40,445 bases of DNA, from positions 1-40,445 of the IMG/VR virus record IMGVR_UViG_3300045738_000688, one strand, 5' to 3'. The notes under the pieces were generated by a model that ran no database searches, was not told where the DNA came from, and saw nothing but the letters and a program-made list of their open reading frames with translations. Origin of the DNA: a virus. Taxonomy: Duplodnaviria > Caudoviricetes. Positions 27,962 to 37,589 of this stretch are shown here, piece by piece. Both the position numbers and the translations under genes were made by a program. Numbering within the stretch: the stretch's first letter is position 1; every line of letters starts with the position of its first letter.

Positions 27962-28111
27962 ATGAGTAGTTCACGCAGAAAACAGATCGTAGCCACCACC
28001 AAGGCACCTACAAACAAGGAAGAAGCGAAGGCAGCAAAGGCCGCAGCTAAAGCCTCCAAAGCAGCAGCCAAGAAAGCGGCAGCAGCAGCAAAGAAGGGAG
28101 CTAAGCAATGA
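27962..28111 (+). CDS. Ala/Lys-rich basic peptide, 49 aa
   Basis: Not in the track. MSSSRRKQ...AKAAKAAAKASKAAAKKAAAAAKKGAKQ; ATGA overlap with the scaffold gene. Confidence 0.6.
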   Translation: MSSSRRKQIVATTKAPTNKEEAKAAKAAAKASKAAAKKAAAAAKKGAKQ

Positions 28112-29061
28112 GATCCTTCATGAAACAGTTCACCCGTCTCCAAGACGTCCTCGACGACGGTGCCGCAGGTGGTGGAGCAGCAGGCACAGTCGATGGCGAC
28201 GCAGCCGCAGCCAGTGCAGCACCATCCACACCGTTCGGTTCCTACTACAACGAGAACGGACTGAACCGCGAAGCGATGGAGGCACTGCCCGAGTCGGCAG
28301 CACCCATGCGCTCGATGCTTGAGAAGTATGGCACTGAGGAAGCACTCTACGGGGGCATCAAGAACCTCCAATACCTTGCGAGCCAGAAGAGCCTGCAACC
28401 GCTGTCAGCGGACGCTACGGACGAGCAGAAGCACCACCACGACACGATGGCCAAGGAATACTTCCGCGTCCCTGACCACGCCAAGGACTACGGTGTCGTG
28501 AAGCCTGAGAACATCCCTGACGAGATGTGGGACGCTGAAGGCACGGACGCGCTGCTCGGCATCCTGCACAAGCACAACGCATCGCCGGAGCTGGTTCAGG
28601 CACTGGCTGCACATCAGGTCGAAGGCTTCGAGGCAGAGATTGCCAAGGCACCGGAGGCAGAGGCAGCACGCATCGCTGAGATCAACACAGAGCTGCAAGG
28701 TTCCTTCGGGAATGAGCTACCTGCTGTGAGTGCTGACGCGATGAGGGGACTGGCCTCACTGGGGATTGAAGTCCCTGAGTCCGGCAACCTCTCGGACATG
28801 AAGATCAGCTACACTGACATCGTTAAGGCTGGGCAGCGCATGACGCAGCTCATCGGTGAGGATGCAGTCAGCCGAGGCATGTCACGCGACTCGTCGCAGA
28901 ACAGTGCAGGCTCGTATCGCGATCAGGCGAATGCGATCAAGACCGATCCGTCGAACTCGCACTACAAGGACTTCACCAGTGAAGATCCAGCACGCCAGAA
29001 GGTCGCACAGGCTGAATGGTATCGCTTGATGAATATGGCAGAAACCTTGGAGAAGAAATAG
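28108..29061 (+). CDS. Capsid scaffolding protein
   Basis: Acidic/helical, with VPDHAKDY; lies between portal and capsid genes. Confidence 0.75.
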   Translation: MRSFMKQFTRLQDVLDDGAAGGGAAGTVDGDAAAASAAPSTPFGSYYNENGLNREAMEALPESAAPMRSMLEKYGTEEALYGGIKNLQYLASQKSLQPLSADATDEQKHHHDTMAKEYFRVPDHAKDYGVVKPENIPDEMWDAEGTDALLGILHKHNASPELVQALAAHQVEGFEAEIAKAPEAEAARIAEINTELQGSFGNELPAVSADAMRGLASLGIEVPESGNLSDMKISYTDIVKAGQRMTQLIGEDAVSRGMSRDSSQNSAGSYRDQANAIKTDPSNSHYKDFTSEDPARQKVAQAEWYRLMNMAETLEKK

Positions 29062-29063
29062 CC

Positions 29064-29543
29064 ATGACTACTGCAATTAAGAAACCAACCCTCGCGGACG
29101 TAGCAGAGCTGTCAGGCTCCCACCGCAACACCGTCAGTAAGATCCTGAAGGGTGAATACGAAGGTGATGTTGAGACCATCAGTAAGGTTCTATCCGCTGC
29201 CTCTATCCTAAACTACACGATCCCTGCAACCCGCAAGGCACCAGTCAAGGCACCCATCAACGGTGCTCCAGTGGATGACGACAACCTGCCGGAAGGTGCT
29301 TCGCTGGAAGTCCCCGAGGAGAAGTGCTCCGCTCACCACAACCTGACATTGCGTTACGCTATCAAGGTCGCGTGTGAGTGGGAATACGACAAGGACAAGG
29401 ACGGCAACAGGATCGACGACACCGAGAAGGCAATCGGGTTCGAAGAGCGGACGTTCCATCACTGTCTCTCGGAGCGACCAACCCTGAAGGAAGTGCAGCG
29501 CATCATTGCAGCGAAGCATGCTAGGTTGCCTGACGCCGTTTAA
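29064..29543 (+). CDS. LacI-type HTH DNA-binding protein
   Basis: KPTLADVAELSGSHRNTVSKILKG...V..AA..LNY; no sugar-binding domain. ATG at 29064 preferred. Confidence 0.8.
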   Translation: MTTAIKKPTLADVAELSGSHRNTVSKILKGEYEGDVETISKVLSAASILNYTIPATRKAPVKAPINGAPVDDDNLPEGASLEVPEEKCSAHHNLTLRYAIKVACEWEYDKDKDGNRIDDTEKAIGFEERTFHHCLSERPTLKEVQRIIAAKHARLPDAV

Positions 29544-29607
29544 GGTTGCATCACGCATCCTGACAGTGCATTCATACAACTAAGCGCGTAACGCAAAGGC
29601 ATTGCCT

Positions 29608-29648
29608 AAGCCCTTCTGTGGTAAAGTTCACCCACAGCAGGGCTTTTT
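29608..29648 (+). terminator. Rho-independent terminator
   Basis: AAGCCCT-T-CTGTGG...CCACAG-C-AGGGCTT-TTT. Confidence 0.7.
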
Positions 29649-29854
29649 AGTGCCTGCACCCTTAACCCTTGCACGAATGCAACGTGGCACGCACGGTGAA
29701 ATCCAGAGAGCAGCTAAGAGATACCTGTATTACAGCCTTGAAGCCTTTCGTCCTGCTGGGGGAACTTTCCCAGTATGTCGTAGGCCGGAGCGATCCGATA
29801 CCCGATGACGATTCAACTCGTTAATCTAATAATTCAAATAGGAGATATAATACT

Positions 29855-30763
29855 ATGGCTTATGAACAGCTACCCGCGCACTTTCGCACGGACTTTGACA
29901 CCACTTGGGAGGCTCGCATCCAAAGACGCGAATCTGACTTCTACTCGCTGGTGAAGATGGTCAACCTGCAAGGTGAAAAGAAACGCTACAACCAGTCCGA
30001 CATCGTGGACATGCAACGTAAGACAGGACGCGCACAGAAGACTCGCATCTCTGAGCGTGAGACCTTCTTCCGCTGGCTCGTCACTCACGAAGTTGACCTT
30101 GCAGAGACTCTTGATGAGTTCGATGCAGACAACCTCGGTGACATCGCCCTCCCTGATTCCGACATCATGACGCAGCAAGTCGATGCTTACAACCGCGAGG
30201 TTGACCGCACTATCGTCGAAGCTATCGAAGGTGACGCAATCGTCGGTGAGGCCGGAACCAACACTCAAGCACTTACACAGATCGTCGATAGCGACTTTGA
30301 TGACGGTGCTACAGACACTGGCTTGTCCTTGAAAAAGGTCATCCGTGTGAACCGCTACTTCAAGGACAACGATCTCAAGCGTGCAGCTCGCTGCTTCGCC
30401 TTCGATCCTGAAGCTGAAGACAACCTTCTCCTGACTGCCGAAGAAGTGAAGTCCAGTGATTATGTTATCGCTGGTGCTATCGCTGCCGGAACGATGGAAG
30501 GCATCGGTCTCTGGATGGGATTCAACTGGGTTCTTCACACCGGACTTACTGAAGTCGTCGGTGGTGGTGGCCAAGGTGGAAACATCGTCCGCAACCTTGC
30601 ATGGGCTAAAGACCAGATCCGCTTCGGTGATGGCCAACGTCGTGCATACGCTGACATCCTTCCGCAACAGAGCCACGCTCTTCAGATCCGCACTGCTGCC
30701 CGTATGGGTGCATACCGGAATGAGGAAAAGGGTGTCGTCGCCTGCAACTCACTCATCGTCTAA
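29855..30763 (+). CDS. Major capsid protein
   Basis: 302 aa with a strong AGGAG RBS; AYNREVDRTIV...GLSLKKV...WMGFNWV...MGAYRNEEKGVV podovirus capsid pattern. Confidence 0.9.
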   Translation: MAYEQLPAHFRTDFDTTWEARIQRRESDFYSLVKMVNLQGEKKRYNQSDIVDMQRKTGRAQKTRISERETFFRWLVTHEVDLAETLDEFDADNLGDIALPDSDIMTQQVDAYNREVDRTIVEAIEGDAIVGEAGTNTQALTQIVDSDFDDGATDTGLSLKKVIRVNRYFKDNDLKRAARCFAFDPEAEDNLLLTAEEVKSSDYVIAGAIAAGTMEGIGLWMGFNWVLHTGLTEVVGGGGQGGNIVRNLAWAKDQIRFGDGQRRAYADILPQQSHALQIRTAARMGAYRNEEKGVVACNSLIV

Positions 30764-30790
30764 TAGACACAACCAAGGAGAAAACATATA

Positions 30791-31267
30791 ATGGCTGCTG
30801 ATATTACACTCACAACCGCAACTGCCTCTGTGCAGGATGCACCAACCGCGAAGACCAAGCTGTCCCCTGTAGAGGGAACACCAGATCATCGCGTGCTGCC
30901 CGACGTTTACACCGTCGCGGACGCATTAGAAGTCGGAGACAAGATTCGTGTCCGCATCGTTCAAGGAGGGTCTAAGATCCTCCCTCGCTTCGGTGATGTC
31001 GTGGAAGCAACAACCGCCTCATTCCTGCAACTCGACGTTGGCATCTACAAAGTAGCTGCTGACCGTGGTATCGGTGCTGTCGTAACCGAAGATGCCCTCG
31101 CTGATGGCGTGGACTTCGCTGGTTCCGGCGTTTACATCGCCCGTCCTTATGACGTTCCTACAACGGAAAACGAATACTGGATCGTGGCTAAAGTGGTAGG
31201 CGTCACAGGCACAACCGTAGCAGGCGAGACAATCGACTTCTACACTGCAATCAACTCTGCGAACTAA
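30791..31267 (+). CDS. Putative capsid decoration/cement protein
   Basis: Beta-rich, AAGGAG RBS, between the capsid gene and its terminator. Confidence 0.6.
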   Translation: MAADITLTTATASVQDAPTAKTKLSPVEGTPDHRVLPDVYTVADALEVGDKIRVRIVQGGSKILPRFGDVVEATTASFLQLDVGIYKVAADRGIGAVVTEDALADGVDFAGSGVYIARPYDVPTTENEYWIVAKVVGVTGTTVAGETIDFYTAINSAN

Positions 31268-31291
31268 GTTCGTTTAATCATGGGTTAGGTT

Positions 31292-31324
31292 AAGGCCACC
31301 ACTGGAAACGGTGGTGGCCTTTTT
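31292..31324 (+). terminator. Rho-independent terminator after the capsid genes
   Basis: GGCCACCAC/GTGGTGGCC followed by TTTTT. Confidence 0.88.
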
Positions 31325-31346
31325 ACTTTCAAAATAAGGAGACACG

Positions 31347-31994
31347 ATGACAAAGACTGAGATTTCAAATCTAGCACTATCCCACGCACGCGAGCAGTTG
31401 CTCAGTGGCAACGTGGAGACGACCACCGAACTGATCGCAGAGACCGTGCTGCTGCACTACGACCAGACCCTTAAGCAGACGCTCGGGCGTGTTCGTCCAT
31501 CCTTCGCACAGAAGCGAGCGACCCTGACCCTGAACGCGACGGCACCGGACTTCGGCTGGGACAATGCGTATGTGCTGCCTACTGACTACGTGGAGCTGGT
31601 TCGCTTCAACGGGGACGACGAGGAACCGATCAACAACTCCCTGTTCGAAATCGAGGGACGCAACTTGCTCACCGACGAGGGTGAAGCATTTATCATTTAC
31701 ACACGCTTCGAGGAGGACTCATCGCTTTACGACGCAGAGTTCATCGAAGCATTCGCCTTGCTGCTGGCAGCGAAGATCATCAATGCCCGTCGTGGCGACA
31801 GAGAGCGTGCTGAAGCCCTCACAGTGCAGGGTGAACTCATGGCATCCGAATCGAGTGCGAAGAGTGCTCAGGCAAGACGCAGGTTCAACTCACGCGACAA
31901 GATCCTACGCAGCTCACGCTGGACAGGCGTGAAGCGTCGTATCTCCACCAATGATTCACTCACAGGCGACTCAGCCGTAATCTACGATAACTAA
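31347..31994 (+). CDS. Tail tubular protein A (adaptor, T7 gp11-like)
   Basis: TEISNLAL...FAQKRATL...FGWDNAYVLPTDY...FEIEGRNLLTD...F.EAFALLLA. Confidence 0.85.
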   Translation: MTKTEISNLALSHAREQLLSGNVETTTELIAETVLLHYDQTLKQTLGRVRPSFAQKRATLTLNATAPDFGWDNAYVLPTDYVELVRFNGDDEEPINNSLFEIEGRNLLTDEGEAFIIYTRFEEDSSLYDAEFIEAFALLLAAKIINARRGDRERAEALTVQGELMASESSAKSAQARRRFNSRDKILRSSRWTGVKRRISTNDSLTGDSAVIYDN

Positions 31995-34900
31995 TGGCTA
32001 AAACACGAAAAGACATCTTCCACCTGAATGCAGGTGAGTGGGGACGTAAGGTCTACAATCGAGTTGACCACGAGAAGCACGCCAGTGCCTGTCGTCAGGC
32101 TCGGAACGTCATCAGCACGGCACAGGGGACAGTCATCAAGCGCAAGGGGTTCGAGCTGGTAGCCCCAGTGAAGTTCGACAGCAAGAAGGTGAACCTCGTG
32201 CGGTTCCGCTTCAGCAAGTCCGATACGGTGTGCATCGAGTTGGGCGACCTTTACGTGCGCTTCCACACGAACGGCCAGCAGGTTCGCGAGACCGCTACGA
32301 CCATCGACAGTGTGACTGCGGCAAATCCTGCTGTCGTATCGAGCACAGCGCATGGCTACTCGGACGGGGATGAGATTTACGTGTCTAGCCTGTCCGAGAT
32401 GGTCGAGATGAACGGACGCTGGCTACTCGTGTCCGCCAGCACTGCGAATGCCTACGAGGTCACGGATCGAGACGGTAATGCCATCGATTCATCCACATGG
32501 ACGGCAGAGACCACAGGAGGCAGTGCTGAGAAGGTCTACGAGATCGCATCGGTCTACACCGAGTCCGACCTGCCGAACCTCGACTACGCACAGAAGAACG
32601 ACGTGATGTGGTTCTGCGATGGCGCGAATCCGGTGCAGCAGTTGATTCGCTTTGCCTCTACGACATGGACATTCGGGGAATACGAGCTCTCATTCCCACC
32701 TGCCCTTGATCCTAATGTCGAGGCCGGAGACTTCCTTAACGTGAGCAGCACGACAGGCACGGGTCTCACCATGACGGCAACTGGTCATGCCCCGTTTGTA
32801 GCTGCTCACTTAGGTAGCTACTGGGTGCTGCGGCACTTGCGACCATCGCAACAGATCACCGCTGCTGGGGTTGGCAACGCCATTGATGTCCTCGGGAACG
32901 TGACCCTTGAGACTGGAGGCACTTGGAATGGGACTATCAACGTCCGCAAGGAGACGTTCACGGGCAGTGGCACCTACACGACTGTAGGCACCTATACGTC
33001 GGTCAGCAGTAAGGAGAAGAATTTCAATGTCCGGTTCACGGAGGCTGGGGAGTCCCGAAAGTATTACCTAAGCGGTGATGTCACGACAGCAGCAGCCACC
33101 TTGCGATCCGAAGCGGCAGTGGTAGAGGGGGCAGTCAAGGTTACTGCATTCACCAGTTCAACCGTGGTGACAGTCGATGTCGTCAAAGAGCTTTCGGCCA
33201 CCACTCAGGTCGAGGATTGGTCTGAGGGTGCATGGAGTGGGGTTCAGGGCTACCCATCTGTGGTGTGCCTGTTCGAGAAAGCGATCTGGTTTGCACGGAC
33301 GAACGCATTCCCACAGGGGATCTGGAAATCAGAGGTTGACCTGTTCGATAGCTTCGCACTTGGCACTGACGACACGTCTGGCCTGTTCATCGAGTTGGAC
33401 TCGAAGGAGCGTAACGACATCCTGTGGATTGTGGATCAGGACAAGCTCATGATCGGCACGTCCGGCAGTGAGTGGACTCTATCCGGCACCGACCTTAACT
33501 CGATCATCTCGCCTACGAATGTCGTGGCACGACGTCAGGAGAACAAGGGCAGTAAGGATGTCCGGCCAGAGACCGTGGACGACGTAATCATGTATATGCA
33601 GCGTGGTAGCTCTGAGAGTCTCCGTGCGATGTCCTTCAGCATTGAGCGTGACAAGTTTCACGCAAACAACATGCAGGAGTTCAGCGAGCACCTGACGACA
33701 TCTGGCATCGTATCTATGGCATATCAGGGATCACCTGATCCTGTCCTGTGGTGCTGCACTGGAGATGGGCAGTTGCTATCCTTCACTTATGAGCGCGACC
33801 AGAAGGTGTTCGCGTGGAATCCACACGACACAGCTGGACTGTTCGAGGACGTCGAGACCATCTACGGCTCCGAGGATGACGAGGTGTGGGTCGCAGTGAA
33901 CCGAACCATCGACGGGGTGACTCGACGATTCGTGGAGCGACTGACAGGCTACTACAACTCCGGTGCTGACTCGGGGTTCGGACTGGTGGCATTCATCATC
34001 GATCTGTCCGGTTCGATGCAGGGCATCATCGACGAGGCACTGGAGGAGGCAATCGTGCTGGCAACCAGTATGGCAACGCGCTACTCGTCCTCCCGTTTCG
34101 CTCTCTACACGATTGCCGACACAGGGAACACCGTGGTTCAGCGATCAGCGTTCACTTCGTCATCCGAGGTCATTGACATCATCGCCACGCTGACCCAGCA
34201 GGGCACGGGGACGGAGGATGGCTTCGAAGCGATCATCCGTGCAGCCCATGAACTCGACTGGGATGGGTTCGGAGATGCGGACAAGCACATGATCCTAATC
34301 ACCGACGAGGACTCCGATAATAGCGCAACTCAAGCTGATGCAATCACAGCAGCACTTTCTGTTGGGGCTAAGGTAAGCTTCGGGACATACAGCACAGGCA
34401 CGGGCATTCAGGGCTATGAGCCAGTCCGCTCTGCAACTGGTGGTGCTCACTTCTCTACGATTTCCGCGATGGTGACTGAGGTTGAGGCTATACTTGCCGA
34501 GGTGGGCAGTTCCAGCAGCCAGAAGGTATTCGTGGATAGTTCACTCCAGCTGGACGCTGGCAACACCACAACGATTCGCGGACTGTGGCACCTCGAAGGA
34601 GCGACAGTCGATGCACTCGTGGATGGATACGTATACGAGGGTCTTGTCGTAGCTGAAGGTGCCATCACGCTGCCTGACGCTGCCATATCTGCTTTCGTGG
34701 GGCTGAAGTATAGCGCAGTCGTCCAACCGATGCAGCTCAACGCTGACGGCAACCTCGGGGCAGCAGTCGGATACACGAAGGTGGTGAGTCACATCTACGC
34801 CACCTTGATCGACACCATCGGACTTTCATACAACGACGGTGCCGAGGATCGAGAGGTCACATTCCGGTCAGGCAACCAAGACCAGTCACTGCCACCGCAG

Positions 34901-35035
34901 CCACTGAACGAGGAGATCGAACTGCACCTTGCAACGGGGCATGAGAAAGACCCCATCGTCATCTTCAAGCACGACAAACCACTACCCTTCACTCTTGCTG
35001 GTCTCGTGGTGCATTCTGATGTTACAGGCACATAA
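31994..35035 (+). CDS. Tail tubular protein B (nozzle, T7 gp12-like) with FCCH-like and vWA inserts
   Basis: LNAGEW...G.VIKRKGF, GYPSVVCLFEKAIWF, QKVFAWNPH, GLWHLEG.TV; inserts VTAANPAVV...HGYSDGD and FIIDLSGSM. Confidence 0.88.
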   Translation: MAKTRKDIFHLNAGEWGRKVYNRVDHEKHASACRQARNVISTAQGTVIKRKGFELVAPVKFDSKKVNLVRFRFSKSDTVCIELGDLYVRFHTNGQQVRETATTIDSVTAANPAVVSSTAHGYSDGDEIYVSSLSEMVEMNGRWLLVSASTANAYEVTDRDGNAIDSSTWTAETTGGSAEKVYEIASVYTESDLPNLDYAQKNDVMWFCDGANPVQQLIRFASTTWTFGEYELSFPPALDPNVEAGDFLNVSSTTGTGLTMTATGHAPFVAAHLGSYWVLRHLRPSQQITAAGVGNAIDVLGNVTLETGGTWNGTINVRKETFTGSGTYTTVGTYTSVSSKEKNFNVRFTEAGESRKYYLSGDVTTAAATLRSEAAVVEGAVKVTAFTSSTVVTVDVVKELSATTQVEDWSEGAWSGVQGYPSVVCLFEKAIWFARTNAFPQGIWKSEVDLFDSFALGTDDTSGLFIELDSKERNDILWIVDQDKLMIGTSGSEWTLSGTDLNSIISPTNVVARRQENKGSKDVRPETVDDVIMYMQRGSSESLRAMSFSIERDKFHANNMQEFSEHLTTSGIVSMAYQGSPDPVLWCCTGDGQLLSFTYERDQKVFAWNPHDTAGLFEDVETIYGSEDDEVWVAVNRTIDGVTRRFVERLTGYYNSGADSGFGLVAFIIDLSGSMQGIIDEALEEAIVLATSMATRYSSSRFALYTIADTGNTVVQRSAFTSSSEVIDIIATLTQQGTGTEDGFEAIIRAAHELDWDGFGDADKHMILITDEDSDNSATQADAITAALSVGAKVSFGTYSTGTGIQGYEPVRSATGGAHFSTISAMVTEVEAILAEVGSSSSQKVFVDSSLQLDAGNTTTIRGLWHLEGATVDALVDGYVYEGLVVAEGAITLPDAAISAFVGLKYSAVVQPMQLNADGNLGAAVGYTKVVSHIYATLIDTIGLSYNDGAEDREVTFRSGNQDQSLPPQPLNEEIELHLATGHEKDPIVIFKHDKPLPFTLAGLVVHSDVTGT

Positions 35036-35036
35036 G

Positions 35037-35435
35037 ATGATGCAACTAAAGCCATACGAAGAATGCAACCATGCAACCATTGCAGAGTGGTGGGAAGCCC
35101 ACGGTGCCGCAGTAATGCCGCATGCAGCATTGCCCAAGACAGGTTGCATTGCATTCAACGATGAGGGAGTGCCGTGTGCAGCGGCATTCCTTTACCTCGA
35201 CAACAGTGTTGCAGTCGGCCTGCTTGCGTGGCCTGTCGTGAATCCACACGTCAGGGCGCAGGAGAAGTTCGACGGGTTGAACCACATCGTCAAGTGGATC
35301 ACCGAGCACGCACACAACCTCGGCTATGACAACATCATCACGATGTCAGCCGTCCACTCTATGAGCCGACTGATTGAACAGCACGGCTACCATCTCGTGA
35401 CCTCGAAGGTCGAAGTCTTACTGAAAGGAAAATAA
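35037..35435 (+). CDS. GNAT-like protein (T7 gp13 position)
   Basis: IAEWW...LPKTG...AAAFLYLDNS...W.VVNP; lies between the nozzle and ejection proteins. Confidence 0.65.
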   Translation: MMQLKPYEECNHATIAEWWEAHGAAVMPHAALPKTGCIAFNDEGVPCAAAFLYLDNSVAVGLLAWPVVNPHVRAQEKFDGLNHIVKWITEHAHNLGYDNIITMSAVHSMSRLIEQHGYHLVTSKVEVLLKGK

Positions 35436-35436
35436 T

Positions 35437-35895
35437 ATGGCATTTATAGCACTAGTCGCCCCAGTCCTCGGGCTCATCGGAACAGGTATCTCAGCCTACG
35501 GGCAATACCAAGCAATGTCCCAAGAGGAGGACATGCAGAACTACAATGCCTCCTTGCAGGAAGCTGAAGCCAAGCAGAAGCAGCTTGAGACTCGTGAGAG
35601 TGCGAAGCGTCAACGCACCGAGAATGACCGCTTCAAGTCCACCCAGCGTGCAGCATTCGCGAAGGCAGGCATCACCTCCACAGGGACACCGCTCGAAGTG
35701 ATGAGCCAAACCGCAGCCGACCTCGAACTTGCAGTGCTGGATACGGCATACGCAGGCGAGTCTCAGCGTCTTTCCCTCATGCAGAAAGCAGCCGTGAACC
35801 GCTTCGGGGCAGACGCAACAGGTAGAGCGAAATATCTCGCAGTAGGTTCCACCATCCTTGGTGGTGCCAATCAACTCGCACGAAAGAAATTATAA
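35437..35895 (+). CDS. Internal virion protein (gp14-like)
   Basis: Hydrophobic Gly/Ala N-terminus; QRAAFAKAGI...GTPL. Confidence 0.75.
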   Translation: MAFIALVAPVLGLIGTGISAYGQYQAMSQEEDMQNYNASLQEAEAKQKQLETRESAKRQRTENDRFKSTQRAAFAKAGITSTGTPLEVMSQTAADLELAVLDTAYAGESQRLSLMQKAAVNRFGADATGRAKYLAVGSTILGGANQLARKKL

Positions 35896-35897
35896 TC

Positions 35898-37589
35898 ATG
35901 GCCGGAAACATACCACTCCCCAAGACGCCGGACGTTAAGAGCGCAACCGGATTCTCACAAGTAGACCCACGCACCGGAACCGCTCCGGCCAGAGCACTCG
36001 TAGGCTTAGGCAATGCCATCGCGCAGACAGGCAAGACATTCGATATGTTTGCCGAAAAGAAGCAGAAGGTGCTGAATAGCGGGGCTGAATCCGCACAGGA
36101 TCTTGCAGTCCTACAGGCGAAAGGTAAGATCGCAAACTTCACCGAGGAGAATCAGGACGACCCTGACGCGATCACGCAGTTCTCCTCTGACACGATGTCC
36201 GGTGTCCTCGACAACCCTAAATACCTCAAGGCAGTAGCCAAGGCAGACGAGGAGACTCAGGGCAAGCTACTCGACAAGTTCCGCTACCAATCTGAGCGAG
36301 GACGACTTGAGACCCAAGGGGTGACGATCAAGATCGAGGTGGCTAACGCGAACACGGAGATCATGAACGCGGCTCAAATGATGATCGACCAAGGAGACAT
36401 CCAAGGTGGGATCACTAAGAGTGGTGAAGCGAGCATGTCGGATGGCAAGCGCGAAGACTGGATCGTAGCCCGAGTCAGGGAGAACCTATACAGCAAACTC
36501 GACATGCACCTCACTGGGCTCGAAACGCCTGACGAGTTTCGCGAGTTCCAAGAAGGGATACTGAATAAAGACACCAACGGGCTCTACGACAAATACGTGA
36601 CCAACTACGACATCACTAGGCAGGGTAAGGAGGAGGAGGTTATGGAGATTTCGGGACTGTCCTCACCGCAGCGTGAGCACCTAGCTTCCTTGGCCTACAA
36701 GAAGGAGAGGAGGGTTCTGAGTCAGCAGTCGTCCAACCTCAAAGCGGACTTGAAGCTCGCAGCCCGAGGAGACCCCGAAGCACTGGCCAACATGGAGGTG
36801 AGGATTCTCGAGGAGGGGAAGCTCGGCTACCCAGAGTCGTCTCGGGATGGGATCGAGGACAAAATCGCTAAGTCTATGAGGAAGCACCGTGAAGGTGAGT
36901 CATTGAAGACGATGGTAGCTGCCGCAAAAACTGGAAAGTCGAAGAAGAAATACAGGCAAATGGAAGTGGATCTGGCAGCAGCCCTGTTCGACCCGACTGG
37001 CTTCGACGTCAAGCAAATGGGGGAAGACATCGACGACTTGGACATCGCTCCTCCGGTGAAGTTGCAGTTGTTAGGATCAGCACTATCAATCGCATCTGAG
37101 CAATACGAAGAGGAACCTCCGGAGGATCGAGTCAGACCAGCAGCTCCACGAGCGTTCATGATCTCTCCTGTGTCGGTTGCCTTCATTTGGGCTTATCGCA
37201 ACACATTCGGCAAGCAGAAGCTCACACCAGCCGAAGCAAAGACATTGTCTCGAAGTTATTCCGTCATGTCTAAGGCAGTAAAAACAATGGGTAAATGGGA
37301 CGGACTGCCCGATGAGTTAGATCGAGTGCAGCAGGGCATCTACGACTTTTATGAAGACAACGAGAACCCGTCGAATAAAGAGATCCTCGAGTTCGAGAAG
37401 TCACTATTTGCCCCGCTCGAAGAGAAGGAGGTCACGCACGTCATGCGTGGCTACGTGCTGCCGAACGGCGAGAAGGCAGCGGCACCTACCCCTAAGCAGC
37501 AAGAAGCATTAGACTGGCTGAAGGAGAACCCAGACGACCCATCAGCGGCAGCACTCTACTCACACCTCAGAAAACTAGGACTAATATAA
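35898..37589 (+). CDS. Internal virion protein (gp15-like)
   Basis: 563 aa, helical; synteny. Confidence 0.65.
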   Translation: MAGNIPLPKTPDVKSATGFSQVDPRTGTAPARALVGLGNAIAQTGKTFDMFAEKKQKVLNSGAESAQDLAVLQAKGKIANFTEENQDDPDAITQFSSDTMSGVLDNPKYLKAVAKADEETQGKLLDKFRYQSERGRLETQGVTIKIEVANANTEIMNAAQMMIDQGDIQGGITKSGEASMSDGKREDWIVARVRENLYSKLDMHLTGLETPDEFREFQEGILNKDTNGLYDKYVTNYDITRQGKEEEVMEISGLSSPQREHLASLAYKKERRVLSQQSSNLKADLKLAARGDPEALANMEVRILEEGKLGYPESSRDGIEDKIAKSMRKHREGESLKTMVAAAKTGKSKKKYRQMEVDLAAALFDPTGFDVKQMGEDIDDLDIAPPVKLQLLGSALSIASEQYEEEPPEDRVRPAAPRAFMISPVSVAFIWAYRNTFGKQKLTPAEAKTLSRSYSVMSKAVKTMGKWDGLPDELDRVQQGIYDFYEDNENPSNKEILEFEKSLFAPLEEKEVTHVMRGYVLPNGEKAAAPTPKQQEALDWLKENPDDPSAAALYSHLRKLGLI

